DNA of 64,000 bases from an uncultured archaeon. Lineage in GTDB: Archaea > Asgardarchaeota > Lokiarchaeia > Sigyniarchaeales > SOKP01. The DNA lies in assembly GCA_964486045.1 (NCBI GenBank), contig CAZALK010000008.1, positions 32,001 to 96,000 on the forward strand, read 5' to 3'. This document shows, piece after piece, positions 28,608 to 38,514 of this stretch. Position numbers and translations under genes: made by a program. The notes below the pieces were generated by a model, which searched no databases, had not been told where the DNA came from, and was given only the letters and a program-made list of their open reading frames with translations. Position 1 is the first letter of the stretch; each line of letters opens with the position of its first letter.

Positions 28608-31544
28608 TCAAATAAATCCATCTAATTTTTGAAATTCAAGAGTTTCTAAGCTTGAAATATCAATACCAATACTAAAAGCATCAACAAACTGTTCTAGAGC
28701 TGATCTCAATAGTTCTTTGTATTTTTTCACATCAATATCTTGCAGATTTGCTAATTCTATTACTTTAGCTCCGATTTTATCTTTACTCTTAATAAAACTT
28801 ATCGTTTCGCCTTTTTGATATTCTTTTGCGGTTTTTTTTTTAAATTCTTGAGCAGCTCTAACATGCTGTGGTATTGTTTTTTTATAATTATCAAGCTTCT
28901 TTTGCATAATTATGTTAATTGCATAATCTTTTAAGTTGAACGTGTTGGGCTTTCCGATTTTTTTAAAATTTGAAATAATAAGCTTTTTGATATCTTTCTT
29001 TGCTTTTAAAAATTCATCATAGCTAGTGACCTCTTTAATAATTTCTAATAAATCACTGAAAGCTTTTTTAATAAATTCTGGTGTGTTTTTCTTCTTTGCT
29101 ACAAGGCCTTTCATGTCAATATATTTAGTATCCTTATATACTCCAAGATAATTCTTTTTTCTATCAGAAAGAGCTAAGAATTGATAAGTTTTTTCCTCTT
29201 CCAAGTCAAGATCAAGGGTTTTTTTACTCCAGTCAGTTATTTCACTCAATTGTTCTTTTGAAGGGTTTAAGAGGAAAACAGAATCTGTATCCCCATATAA
29301 AACCTTAATCCCTATTTCTTCAGTTTTTTTTATTGTTTGTTTAATAGAATATTGCCCTATTCCCGTGATGCTTTCTGCTACTGGTAAACAAAACAACGGG
29401 AAATTTTGAGACCCAAAAACACCAAAACTTGCGTTAACAAAAACTTTAAGCGCTTGTTGAATAGTTTGATTATAACTTCTTTGTTTTTCTGTTGAACTTT
29501 TATCTTCTGATTTAGGTTTAAAATACTTAACTCTTATATCCCTGAAAAATCCAACAACATAGGCAAAGATCCCCATCTTTTGAGAGCAAATATGGTATGG
29601 AGAGCCTTTTACTAAATTATCTCGATCTTCTTTATGAGGACAAATAACTGTTTCATAGGAAAGATTGTATTCCTTTATTATTGATGGATATAGACTTGCG
29701 AAATCCATAACAACAACATCAAAATGAATTCCAGGAACAGGTTTTATTACATATGCCCCTTGGAATTTCTTATCGTTCGCGCTAGACATCATTTTTCCCC
29801 CTTTCTTAAGCTCTGAAATCTCAGATCGCCGAGGGATTAAGTAATTCTTCCTACGGTGTTCAAAATGGAAAATATTTCGTATCCATGTTGATATTTGCCT
29901 TCTAACCATTTCATGGACAGGCATTTTAGTTATCCGGCATAACAAAATGATTAAATTCCAAACTAACGAGTTGTTAAATTTTGTCAGTTCTAAGGTTAAT
30001 AAAGAATCTTTCAGGTTATACCAGGAAAGGATATTATAATCCATATCTTGGATTTCTTCCTCATGCTGATATTTTTCCTCTCCCAGAAGAGCAGCACTAA
30101 TAGCATTCAAAGACGAACTTTCATAAGCACCTCCAAAAGCGTATCCAGAGATGCTTCTATTGAAAAATAAATTAAACACGTCAATGTGAATTCCACTCCT
30201 TAGTTCACATTCTGCTTTGGTCATAATACCAAACCCACGTTTAACTTGAATAGGATTAAGGTCTTTATTAACCTTTAGCCTGTCATTTGCCCTATGATAT
30301 AAATAGTTTAAATCAAAATTGTCTCCGTTAAATGTAATAACAACTGGATACTCCCACATTAGGCGAAATGTCTCTATTAGTAAACTTTTTTCAGATTTGA
30401 AGAAGATAACTTTCGCATCAGGAGGAAATTTTTCATGAGGTTTTGTATATTTGTAACCTTCCCTTTCTAGAATATAAACAAGTTTCAACCCATCTGTGGC
30501 AACAAAAGATATACTTATTACTTCCTGTTTGGCTAAGCGAGGGTCTGGAATGCCATGATCTTTAACATCCATACTTACCTCAATATCCATAGCCATACGT
30601 TTGACATCAGGGATTGGAGTAATGAAAATATCCAAAAATGCCTCAGAAAATTCTTGAATCTCGGGGGATTCATCTTTAAATAAATCTCTAAGCTCATTCG
30701 CCACTTTTTTGGAATCTTTATCGATCTTCTCAAAATCTATTTTTTCTAGCTTTCCATTTTTAATACAGTAAATAAGACCGGGGATTAACTGCCTATCGAA
30801 GATATAATTTAAATGATATCGGATATCAGCTTCGTAGGCTTTTTTTCCATTTTCTTCTAAAATAGTACGAATATTTGTCCCAGTGCCACCAATATTTGTT
30901 GGAGTTTCCCCATAAAGCTTTGTAATTTTAATTTCCTTATCGGATAATAAATCAAATTTTTTAATCTCTTCAAATCTTTTGAACCAAGGATATTCAGTTA
31001 ATTTAGTCTTTTCTAACTCTGAAATTGGCTCTTTACTTAAACAGTAAGGTTCATGGTCAGTGGTATCAATCCAAATTTTTATATCGTCTTCGTCTAAATC
31101 ATAGAATTTACAGTATGCTTTATTTTGCCCACCATCATAATCCACATCAAGCAATAACCCTTGATCTAAATTATCTACGATTTTTCCTGTTGCGATTAAA
31201 TAACGAATATATGTCGAAGTTACACCTTCTCTGAGTACTTTATCAAGTTTTACATTGCCTAATTTTAATCCAAAAGGTTCTTTGTTTTCCTTATAAAACA
31301 GATTTTTTGGAATTTCACCACTAACTAATTTTTCTTCAGGGGAAAACTTTTCAATATTTTTCTCTTTAATTGGTTCTGGTTTTTCAGCAGTTTTTTTTTC
31401 TTTAATTTCTTCTTTCGTGGTTACTTTTGCTGGTTCAATTTTCTCACCTTTTTTATCATCTACAAAAGAAAATAAGGATTTTTGCGCTTTGTCTTCAATA
31501 CTCTTCTTATTGCTTTTTTTTGGACTAGGCACTTTGTACACCAA
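28608..31544 (-). CDS. polB: Family B DNA polymerase (PolB1-type), no inteins
   Basis: Exo I DIE, Exo II NGDNFD, Exo III YNLKD; pol motifs DFASLYPS, KVFVNASFG, YGDTDS, KKNY; N-terminal PIP-like QKSLFSF. Confidence 0.97.
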   Translation of the reverse strand: MVYKVPSPKKSNKKSIEDKAQKSLFSFVDDKKGEKIEPAKVTTKEEIKEKKTAEKPEPIKEKNIEKFSPEEKLVSGEIPKNLFYKENKEPFGLKLGNVKLDKVLREGVTSTYIRYLIATGKIVDNLDQGLLLDVDYDGGQNKAYCKFYDLDEDDIKIWIDTTDHEPYCLSKEPISELEKTKLTEYPWFKRFEEIKKFDLLSDKEIKITKLYGETPTNIGGTGTNIRTILEENGKKAYEADIRYHLNYIFDRQLIPGLIYCIKNGKLEKIDFEKIDKDSKKVANELRDLFKDESPEIQEFSEAFLDIFITPIPDVKRMAMDIEVSMDVKDHGIPDPRLAKQEVISISFVATDGLKLVYILEREGYKYTKPHEKFPPDAKVIFFKSEKSLLIETFRLMWEYPVVITFNGDNFDLNYLYHRANDRLKVNKDLNPIQVKRGFGIMTKAECELRSGIHIDVFNLFFNRSISGYAFGGAYESSSLNAISAALLGEEKYQHEEEIQDMDYNILSWYNLKDSLLTLELTKFNNSLVWNLIILLCRITKMPVHEMVRRQISTWIRNIFHFEHRRKNYLIPRRSEISELKKGGKMMSSANDKKFQGAYVIKPVPGIHFDVVVMDFASLYPSIIKEYNLSYETVICPHKEDRDNLVKGSPYHICSQKMGIFAYVVGFFRDIRVKYFKPKSEDKSSTEKQRSYNQTIQQALKVFVNASFGVFGSQNFPLFCLPVAESITGIGQYSIKQTIKKTEEIGIKVLYGDTDSVFLLNPSKEQLSEITDWSKKTLDLDLEEEKTYQFLALSDRKKNYLGVYKDTKYIDMKGLVAKKKNTPEFIKKAFSDLLEIIKEVTSYDEFLKAKKDIKKLIISNFKKIGKPNTFNLKDYAINIIMQKKLDNYKKTIPQHVRAAQEFKKKTAKEYQKGETISFIKSKDKIGAKVIELANLQDIDVKKYKELLRSALEQFVDAFSIGIDISSLETLEFQKLDGFI

Positions 31545-31685
31545 AATGAATTTTAATTATGAACTAAAGATAATTAGTACAAGATTAATTATAATACCAA
31601 CTATTCCTACTTTAATAGTATTACACTTATTTCTAATTTAATTTGCTATAAAAAAAAGTAGACTGAAAAGATTTCCTTTGATATT

Positions 31686-32036
31686 CTATGCAATTTTTTT
31701 GTTTTGAGTAATAATATTCTTTATTTCATCTAATAGCAGAGTTTTCTCAGCGATATACCAGTCAAGTTGGCTTTTTGAAGGATTTTCATGATAAATGATT
31801 TCTGAGACATCTCGAATTTCGTTTTCGGGAGGTTTAAGTAATTCACCATTTACATCCTCTCTTATTAATAAAACAAGATTATCGGTTTCTAAAGGTTGGA
31901 TATCATACCCATTCTTTACATTTTTGTTAATAGTAACACAAAGCTCAGCAAGCCGCCAAATCGACTTCTCTAACGTATCTCCTTTCTTATATATACGAAA
32001 CGCTAATCTAACAACATCCTCTTTGGAAAAAGGCAT
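31686..32036 (-). CDS. Hypothetical protein with two DUF2934-like repeats
   Basis: VVRLAFRIY...WRLAE and IRDVSEIIY...WYIAE. Confidence 0.6.
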   Translation of the reverse strand: MPFSKEDVVRLAFRIYKKGDTLEKSIWRLAELCVTINKNVKNGYDIQPLETDNLVLLIREDVNGELLKPPENEIRDVSEIIYHENPSKSQLDWYIAEKTLLLDEIKNIITQNKKIA

Positions 32037-32081
32037 TTTCTATAATTTTGTAAGTTATTTCTATAATAATTTTGTAAGTTA
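32037..32081. repeat. Imperfect tandem duplication (21/24 bp)
   Basis: tttctataattttgtaagtta followed by tttctataataattttgtaagtta. Confidence 0.8.
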
Positions 32082-32116
32082 TAAAAAAAAAGGATATGTT
32101 AACTTTTAACTATTTG

Positions 32117-32156
32117 TGTTGATTTTTATACGTTTTGAAACCACAAAATTAAAAAT
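32117..32156 (+). repeat. 40-bp direct repeat, left copy
   Basis: tgttgatttttatacgttttgaaaccacaaaattaaaaat; 37/40 identical to 39179-39218. Confidence 0.85.
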
Positions 32157-32387
32157 AGATATTATTTTGTTATGATATCGATTATTATGTATTTATGGTC
32201 AAAATAAGGTATGTAATTTTGATTATTTACCATAGCTCCAATTTTTTTTCAGTAAAGATGAAATCTTTAATATTAAAAGCAGTTTCTTGTGAAATTTTTC
32301 CCATAAATCTAATTTTGCGAGTAATTTCTCGTTTTCATTAGCAATCTTCACAGCTAACTGATTAAGACCAAATTTTTTTTGATTCAA

Positions 32388-33209
32388 TCAAACCTTTCTT
32401 GCAACAGAAATAAAGGTTTTTGCAAAAATCAATCCCTGCCATTTATTATAAAATTTTTCCTCTAATTTATTTCGAAAATTAGTTTGCTCAGAAGTTGTAA
32501 ATGACGGAGGAAGTATATGGAAATTGTAGTAAAATTGTTTCTTTTCATTAAAGCTATACCGCTTTAGTTTTTCTTTATATATTAACGGATTCTCAGATTT
32601 CATGGTTTTTTCAGATTTTGGCTGTTGCGGCGCTGTAATTGCCTTTTTTAGTTTGGCTTTGTATCTATTAAAAATATCCTTATCCACTATTACCTTATTA
32701 ATTAATTTCTGTGAGATAAGCTCAATTGTATACTTGTCAAATGTAAATAAATCAAAAAACAGATTATATTGTGAGGTTATTAGATAACCATTATCCTTTA
32801 AAGTACGATAGCACTCTTTGTAAACCCTGGATTCATCTTTAATATAGGGGAGCACCCCATTAAGCATAATAACATCAAACTTTTTGTTTTCAAATATATT
32901 CATGTCAAGAACAGAGCAGTGTATTATATCATGTTTTATTTTTTCTTTTACTGCTTTTTGCCTAGCATACTTTAACATTTTCCTTGATAAATCAATTGCA
33001 GTACAATCCCAGCCCTGTTTTGAAACTTCTCTGGCTATATAACCAGATCCACATCCAGCATCCAATATTTTTCCTTTTTTCAATTTACTTAGAAACCTTA
33101 GAATAATCTTTGCTCTATGTTTATTTGCAGGATAATTATTTTTTTTTCCGTGATAAGAGTTATCTTCGTAGTTTTCTGCAACATCATCCCATATCTTTAT
33201 ATCGTCCAT
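32388..33209 (-). CDS. Class I SAM-dependent methyltransferase
   Basis: ILDAGCGSG, IDLS..ML, FDVI, LKDNG. Confidence 0.9.
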   Translation of the reverse strand: MDDIKIWDDVAENYEDNSYHGKKNNYPANKHRAKIILRFLSKLKKGKILDAGCGSGYIAREVSKQGWDCTAIDLSRKMLKYARQKAVKEKIKHDIIHCSVLDMNIFENKKFDVIMLNGVLPYIKDESRVYKECYRTLKDNGYLITSQYNLFFDLFTFDKYTIELISQKLINKVIVDKDIFNRYKAKLKKAITAPQQPKSEKTMKSENPLIYKEKLKRYSFNEKKQFYYNFHILPPSFTTSEQTNFRNKLEEKFYNKWQGLIFAKTFISVARKV

Positions 33210-33279
33210 AATATCCCTCCAAAATTTAATTTTGAATAAGTAATTAGGAGTTAAATTAAACAGCGCAATTTAGCTTAAT

Positions 33280-34460
33280 TTAATTCTTCTTACTTCTTTC
33301 TTCCTCTTCTTTGTGCTAAGTGTCAAATTGTTTATCTAACTCGTCCATAAAATCAGATATTGTCTCTTACTTAACGATTAAGAATTTCCCATCAATTATA
33401 AAACCAAATTCGAGGGCCCATTCGAATATTTTTGCACTAAATCTATCCTCGTCCATTTTAAGAGCCTTTCTCATCATTTCAAACTCAATACGCGTAGAAA
33501 CTTCCATCATCCTCTGAACCTTCTCTAATTTTCTACGGGGAGTTCTAATTTTAGTCCCTCGCTTCTTTTTTCTTTTATAAATTATCATCCCAGCAATGAA
33601 CATTACGCTGATCACTATACTAACAACAACTATTATTACAACGGCAGCTTCTTGAGTGGCAGCTTCTTGAGTGGCAGCTTCTTGAGTGGCAGCTTCTTGA
33701 GTACCACCAATATCCTCATTATTGCCGCTAAAACTGTTATTTGAAATTTCATTACATTTAGATTCTTCATCTATGTAAATACCAAAATTATTAGCAATTA
33801 TATTATTTACCGAAAAGATGTTATTATCACTATGGTCGAATTATTAACGTTGTTATCGACAATGATTGTATTATCACTAGTGTGTGACGCTATACCCATT
33901 TTGTCATTATTATTGACGGTGTTTCCCAAGATAGTGTAATTAGAACCCCCTAAGTTTATACCAGATCGCATATTGTAGCTTGCGATGTTTCCTGAAGCTG
34001 TATGGTTATTACTATTATCATATATATTTATTACGTAACCTCTATTGTAGCTTACGTTGTTGTTAATAATTTATCCGTTATCAACAAGTCGAAATTTTAT
34101 TCCATCCTCACCTGCATTGTAGATAGTGCAATTTTCGATTTTAAAGTACACGCTTGAATCTTGAATCCAGAAAAAATTTCCCGAACCTTCACAATCTATT
34201 ATTAAATTCTCTATAACGTATGGGTTGGATTCAGTGCCTGAACCTGTACAAATTCCAGCAGCTTTAGCAGCAGACCAGTCGGAATTACCGTTTAAGTAAA
34301 TTTTTTTTGACACTTTAGAGAATCTCAAACTTTCGCTATCTAAGTTTATATCATCCTTATAATCCGAACTTTGAATACTACTTCCAATTTTAAAATTGAG
34401 GTTATAGATTATCACTGGTGTTAATACGAACCCAAGTCCTAAAACCAAAAGGATTAAATT
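33280..34460 (-). pseudogene. Degraded NosD/parallel beta-helix surface protein with C-terminal TM and cytoplasmic tail
   Basis: N-terminal piece CTGSGTESNPYVIENLII; Asn-rich middle broken by stops and frameshifts; TM and tail with in-frame TAA (33367) and a later TAG before the apparent original stop near 33280. Confidence 0.75.
33643..33702 (-). repeat. Four perfect 15-bp tandem repeats encoding (TQEAA)4
   Basis: ggcagcttcttgagt x4. Confidence 0.95.
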
Positions 34461-34696
34461 CAGGACGGACTGTTGTAACCATAAGAATTGATATTGGACA
34501 TTTTCAACTAATAACCAAAAGTAAGCACATCCTTTTTCTTCCCCTTTCTATAATAATAAATAGCTATAAGTAAAAAAATAATCCCTACAATCATTTGAAC
34601 TTTGGGAATACTCATGTACAGGGAAGTATTGGAATAATCATAAAAAAGGGATCGATAAATGTGCAGGTTGTGCCTTCGCGTGAGATTAATAGAGAT

Positions 34697-36994
34697 TTAA
34701 TCGATAACAATCTCACTTAATTTTAATCCTAAATCTATATCTGTTATATCATCTAATGAATACATATTTAAAAAAGAAAGTAAACAAGCTACAGTAGATT
34801 CTGCACCTTGATTTCTGTTTATTCCAGTGGGGGTTATACTATCATAACATCCTCCAGTTTTATAATCGTAAAGAGAAAGATTCATATCATTGCGTCCTAA
34901 ATACCATTCTAAACAACGACGTGCATTAACAATCCATTTTTTATCTTGAGTGCTTTTATAAGCCTCAACACATGCTTCAAGAACACTTTGGGCTTCGATT
35001 GGTTGTTGATCAAATCTTGCTTTTTCTCCATTTTTAGGATACCAGCCATTGTTCCCTATAGGAGAAAATTGTCCTTTTTTATTAGTCTGAATTTGAATTA
35101 ACCAATCTAATGATCTTATTCCTGCTTCGACCATATCTCCTCGTTGTAACCATTGTCCAGACATTATCAGAGCATGTGGAATCTTTCCGTTATCATAGGC
35201 GAGCATATCTTCAATCCAAGGCCACTCATCTGAAGCATTTTTGCTATAAAAAGAAAATAATTTATTAGCGATTTCTTTTCTAAATCGTTTAATTTTAATA
35301 TCTCCACTGAATCTTTCTAAATAAGCATGAATTCCTACTAAACCAAAAGCTAAGGCACGTGGAGAATTAAATTCCGATAAAGTACTCACAGCCTTTTCAA
35401 AAATATCTAAAACAATGTTACTTGTTTCTCTCTTCTCTGATAATGCGACTGCCACACCCAGAGCCCAGATTGCTCGACCATGACAGTCTTCAGATCCATT
35501 CTCTTCAATCCATGTACGATCATAACCCATAAAATTACGAAACTGGTTATTTTCTTCATCAAAAGCATATAATAAAAAACTTAAATACTTGTATCCAAAT
35601 TTTCTCAAAAATTCTTCTTCAAATGATAATTTTTGAGCAATCAATACTGCTACTAGTGCTCTAGCATTATCATCTGTGCAATAACCATGAAAACGATTTG
35701 GTATTATATAGTTTGCGTGTTGTAAGATGCCAACATCGTCTGTTAAACGAAATACATGCTCAAATTTAGGATACGGCATTTCAAATGGAGTAAATCTCAA
35801 AAATTTCTTCTGAAATATAGTTTTTGGATGTAATAATCGATTTTCTTTAACATCATCAAAAATATCTATATATTTTCTAGCGACTTCTTTCCAAATCATA
35901 TTTCTAGCGAACATATAAGCATTCTTCCTCATATTATGCCCTTCAACTTCATTCTCTAATAAAAAGCAAATTTGCTTAGCTATAGATTTAGAATCATTGA
36001 AAGGAACAATTATTCCTCTTCCATCAGCTAAAATTTCCTCAGCATACCAATAAGGTGTAGAAATAATTGCTTTACCAGCTCCAAGTGCATAAGCTAATGT
36101 TCCAGAAACAATTTGTTCTTTTTTTAAATATGGAGTTATATAAATATCTGCCGCTCCTAAGAATTCACATAATTCTTTTAATTCTACAAATCTATTATGG
36201 AATATTATGTGGTCTTCCACACCTAATTCTCTAGCTTTTATTTGAAGAGAATGACGATATGATTCACCTTGCTTCTTCTTTAAATTTGGATGAGTAGCAC
36301 CTAAAACTATATATATAACATCAGGATATTTCCTAATAATATCTGGTAAGGCTTCAATCATTATTTCTATTCCTTTACTAGGACTAATCAAACCAAATGT
36401 CATTAGTACTTTTTTTCCTTCTACTCCAAACTGATCTTTAAAAAAATTTGGATCAATAAATGAGACATCTGGAATCCCATGATGGACTAAATTAATTTTT
36501 TCCTTAGAAACGTTATAAATATCTTTTAGAAATATCTCTGCCTTTTTACTCATAACAATTATACGATCTGAAATTTTTACTATTGTATTGATTATTTCCT
36601 TTTGTTTTAGATTAGGATTTGGTAAAAGAGTATGTAATGTTGTAACAATAGGCATTCTAAGATTTTTAAGTAAAGCTAAAATATAGCTACCATATTCTCC
36701 TCCATAAATTCCAAATTCATGTTGAAGACAAACAATATCAACTTTATTTACATTAAGATATTCGGCAGCTAATTTGTAATCCGTAAATCGGTTAGCATTC
36801 AATTCAAAATGAACTTGACTTGGATAAGGATATCCTTGAATAATATCGTTCATTGCCAGTGCCCAACATTCTAATTGAGGTGCTTCATTAGATACAGCAT
36901 TTAACAAATCATTAGTAAAAGTTGCAATTCCACATTTCCTTGGTAAATAATTACCAATAAAAGCTATAGTTTTTAGATTTGGGAACCTTCTCAT
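34697..36994 (-). CDS. GT4 glycosyltransferase fused to a C-terminal six-hairpin glycosidase-like domain
   Basis: PRKCGIATF, QHEFGIYGG, SGTLAYALGAG; C-terminal GYCTDDNARAL, FDQQPIE, NQGAEST. Confidence 0.9.
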   Translation of the reverse strand: MRRFPNLKTIAFIGNYLPRKCGIATFTNDLLNAVSNEAPQLECWALAMNDIIQGYPYPSQVHFELNANRFTDYKLAAEYLNVNKVDIVCLQHEFGIYGGEYGSYILALLKNLRMPIVTTLHTLLPNPNLKQKEIINTIVKISDRIIVMSKKAEIFLKDIYNVSKEKINLVHHGIPDVSFIDPNFFKDQFGVEGKKVLMTFGLISPSKGIEIMIEALPDIIRKYPDVIYIVLGATHPNLKKKQGESYRHSLQIKARELGVEDHIIFHNRFVELKELCEFLGAADIYITPYLKKEQIVSGTLAYALGAGKAIISTPYWYAEEILADGRGIIVPFNDSKSIAKQICFLLENEVEGHNMRKNAYMFARNMIWKEVARKYIDIFDDVKENRLLHPKTIFQKKFLRFTPFEMPYPKFEHVFRLTDDVGILQHANYIIPNRFHGYCTDDNARALVAVLIAQKLSFEEEFLRKFGYKYLSFLLYAFDEENNQFRNFMGYDRTWIEENGSEDCHGRAIWALGVAVALSEKRETSNIVLDIFEKAVSTLSEFNSPRALAFGLVGIHAYLERFSGDIKIKRFRKEIANKLFSFYSKNASDEWPWIEDMLAYDNGKIPHALIMSGQWLQRGDMVEAGIRSLDWLIQIQTNKKGQFSPIGNNGWYPKNGEKARFDQQPIEAQSVLEACVEAYKSTQDKKWIVNARRCLEWYLGRNDMNLSLYDYKTGGCYDSITPTGINRNQGAESTVACLLSFLNMYSLDDITDIDLGLKLSEIVID

Positions 36995-37079
36995 ATATAG
37001 TTTTTAATATTAATAACTTAAATAATTAAGCTAATAATTAAATTAAGATTAAAATCTTGAACTACTTTACTACTGACAA

Positions 37080-38294
37080 TTACTCTATTGATCTAACGAA
37101 TAATTCATCTGAATCAAATCTACACAGAGCTTTATCTTCTCTTGATAACCAACCAATTGCCATCAATACAACTTTTTCGTTTTCGTTCAATGAATTCTTA
37201 ATTTGGGTTAGGCTTTTTTCTTCTTTCAAAGTGAAACGGAAAATCTGCCCTGCTAAAAAACCCATTTCAACTTCTATTTCAGATGCTAAGAGTTCATGAA
37301 GAAGCTTATGCAAATTTACCGATACTACTGCTATTCTCTTATCGCCTGCACCATAATAAATATAGAGTCTATCTCCAAATATTGCAGTGCCTGAAGGGAA
37401 AACAACATTATTTACATCTCCAAACTTCTCATAATCTTCAGTTGGTGAAAAAAGAGGCTCCTTAAGCCGTCCTATCACTTTATAAGGATCATCTTTATCA
37501 AGGAGGGCGGCGCTTGCATGATATATCTTCCCTTTATTAGAATCCTCTACAGAATGATATATCATAAGCCAACCTCTCTCAGTCTCTATTAATGGTGCAC
37601 CAGCTCCAATATTTCTTGATTCAAATCCAAATTTTGGCTCCATTAGGACATTTTCCCCGAGTTTTTCTAGATAACTCTGCCAAAATCCGTTTGTCAAATC
37701 TTTAAAATCGTCAAAACAAACAATCTGAATATCTGGTAATACTCTATGAATCAGGGCAAACTTATTATTGAATTTTTTTGGTAAAATGAATGAATCTTTT
37801 TCCCATAAGAGTACATCTTCACCAACGGTATCCTTATAATATGAGACAAAGAAATAATATTTCTCTTTTAGTTTTGATAAATGAAAAAAATGCCCTGCTT
37901 CATCGTAACTCATTTTAGCTGAAATTGTTCCATGTTTTTCCCATATTTTAAGGTCTTTACTAGTTGCATATGCTACTAGCGCATTTTTTCCATCATAAGC
38001 CGTGTAGAACATATAATAAATACCATCTAGAAGCACAACTCGAGGATCTTCTGTACCATGTATTTCATAATCATGTTCAGGAAACAATATAGGACTATTT
38101 CTCCTTTCTACGATAGTCAAAGGCCCTTTTAATTTACAATAACCAATACTAGAATAATTCCCTTCTTTTACTGCACGATAGAACATATGTAATGTATCTC
38201 CTTGCTGAATTATTGTTGGATTTAATACAGCTTGATTTTCAAACTCGTACTCCGTTGCTTCTAAAAGAACATTTTCTCTTCGTATTGTTACCAT
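37080..38294 (-). CDS. GH130-family glycosidase/phosphorylase with C-terminal DUF2582-like winged helix
   Basis: VLNP, EDPR, WEKD, VNNVVFPSG, YYGAGD; tail MGFLAGQIF...MAIGWLSREDK. Confidence 0.85.
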   Translation of the reverse strand: MVTIRRENVLLEATEYEFENQAVLNPTIIQQGDTLHMFYRAVKEGNYSSIGYCKLKGPLTIVERRNSPILFPEHDYEIHGTEDPRVVLLDGIYYMFYTAYDGKNALVAYATSKDLKIWEKHGTISAKMSYDEAGHFFHLSKLKEKYYFFVSYYKDTVGEDVLLWEKDSFILPKKFNNKFALIHRVLPDIQIVCFDDFKDLTNGFWQSYLEKLGENVLMEPKFGFESRNIGAGAPLIETERGWLMIYHSVEDSNKGKIYHASAALLDKDDPYKVIGRLKEPLFSPTEDYEKFGDVNNVVFPSGTAIFGDRLYIYYGAGDKRIAVVSVNLHKLLHELLASEIEVEMGFLAGQIFRFTLKEEKSLTQIKNSLNENEKVVLMAIGWLSREDKALCRFDSDELFVRSIE

Positions 38295-38514
38295 AATTTG
38301 GTAGAAGGGTCTCTTTCTTATTAATACTCTTATTTAATCATGGATATTATCGAAAGCTAACGAGTGATAAGGGGCTTCTCAATAGTAATTTAAAAAATAG
38401 ATCGTAAAAGTGAATCGTAGAGATAATATTTTATCAATTAATTATGATTTAGGTAATATTTGGTTAAAAGGCTCCTAAAAGCTTTATAAATTAGTCTAAC
38501 TATTTTTAATACAG

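Noticed and set aside
33280-33370. Stop-codon readthrough or recoding (in-frame TAA and TAG)
   Set aside because: The same gene has frameshifts, and TAA and TAG end intact genes elsewhere in the window; ordinary decay is simpler
33643-33702. Possible CRISPR or regulatory repeat
   Set aside because: No spacers; in-frame coding repeat within a pseudogene
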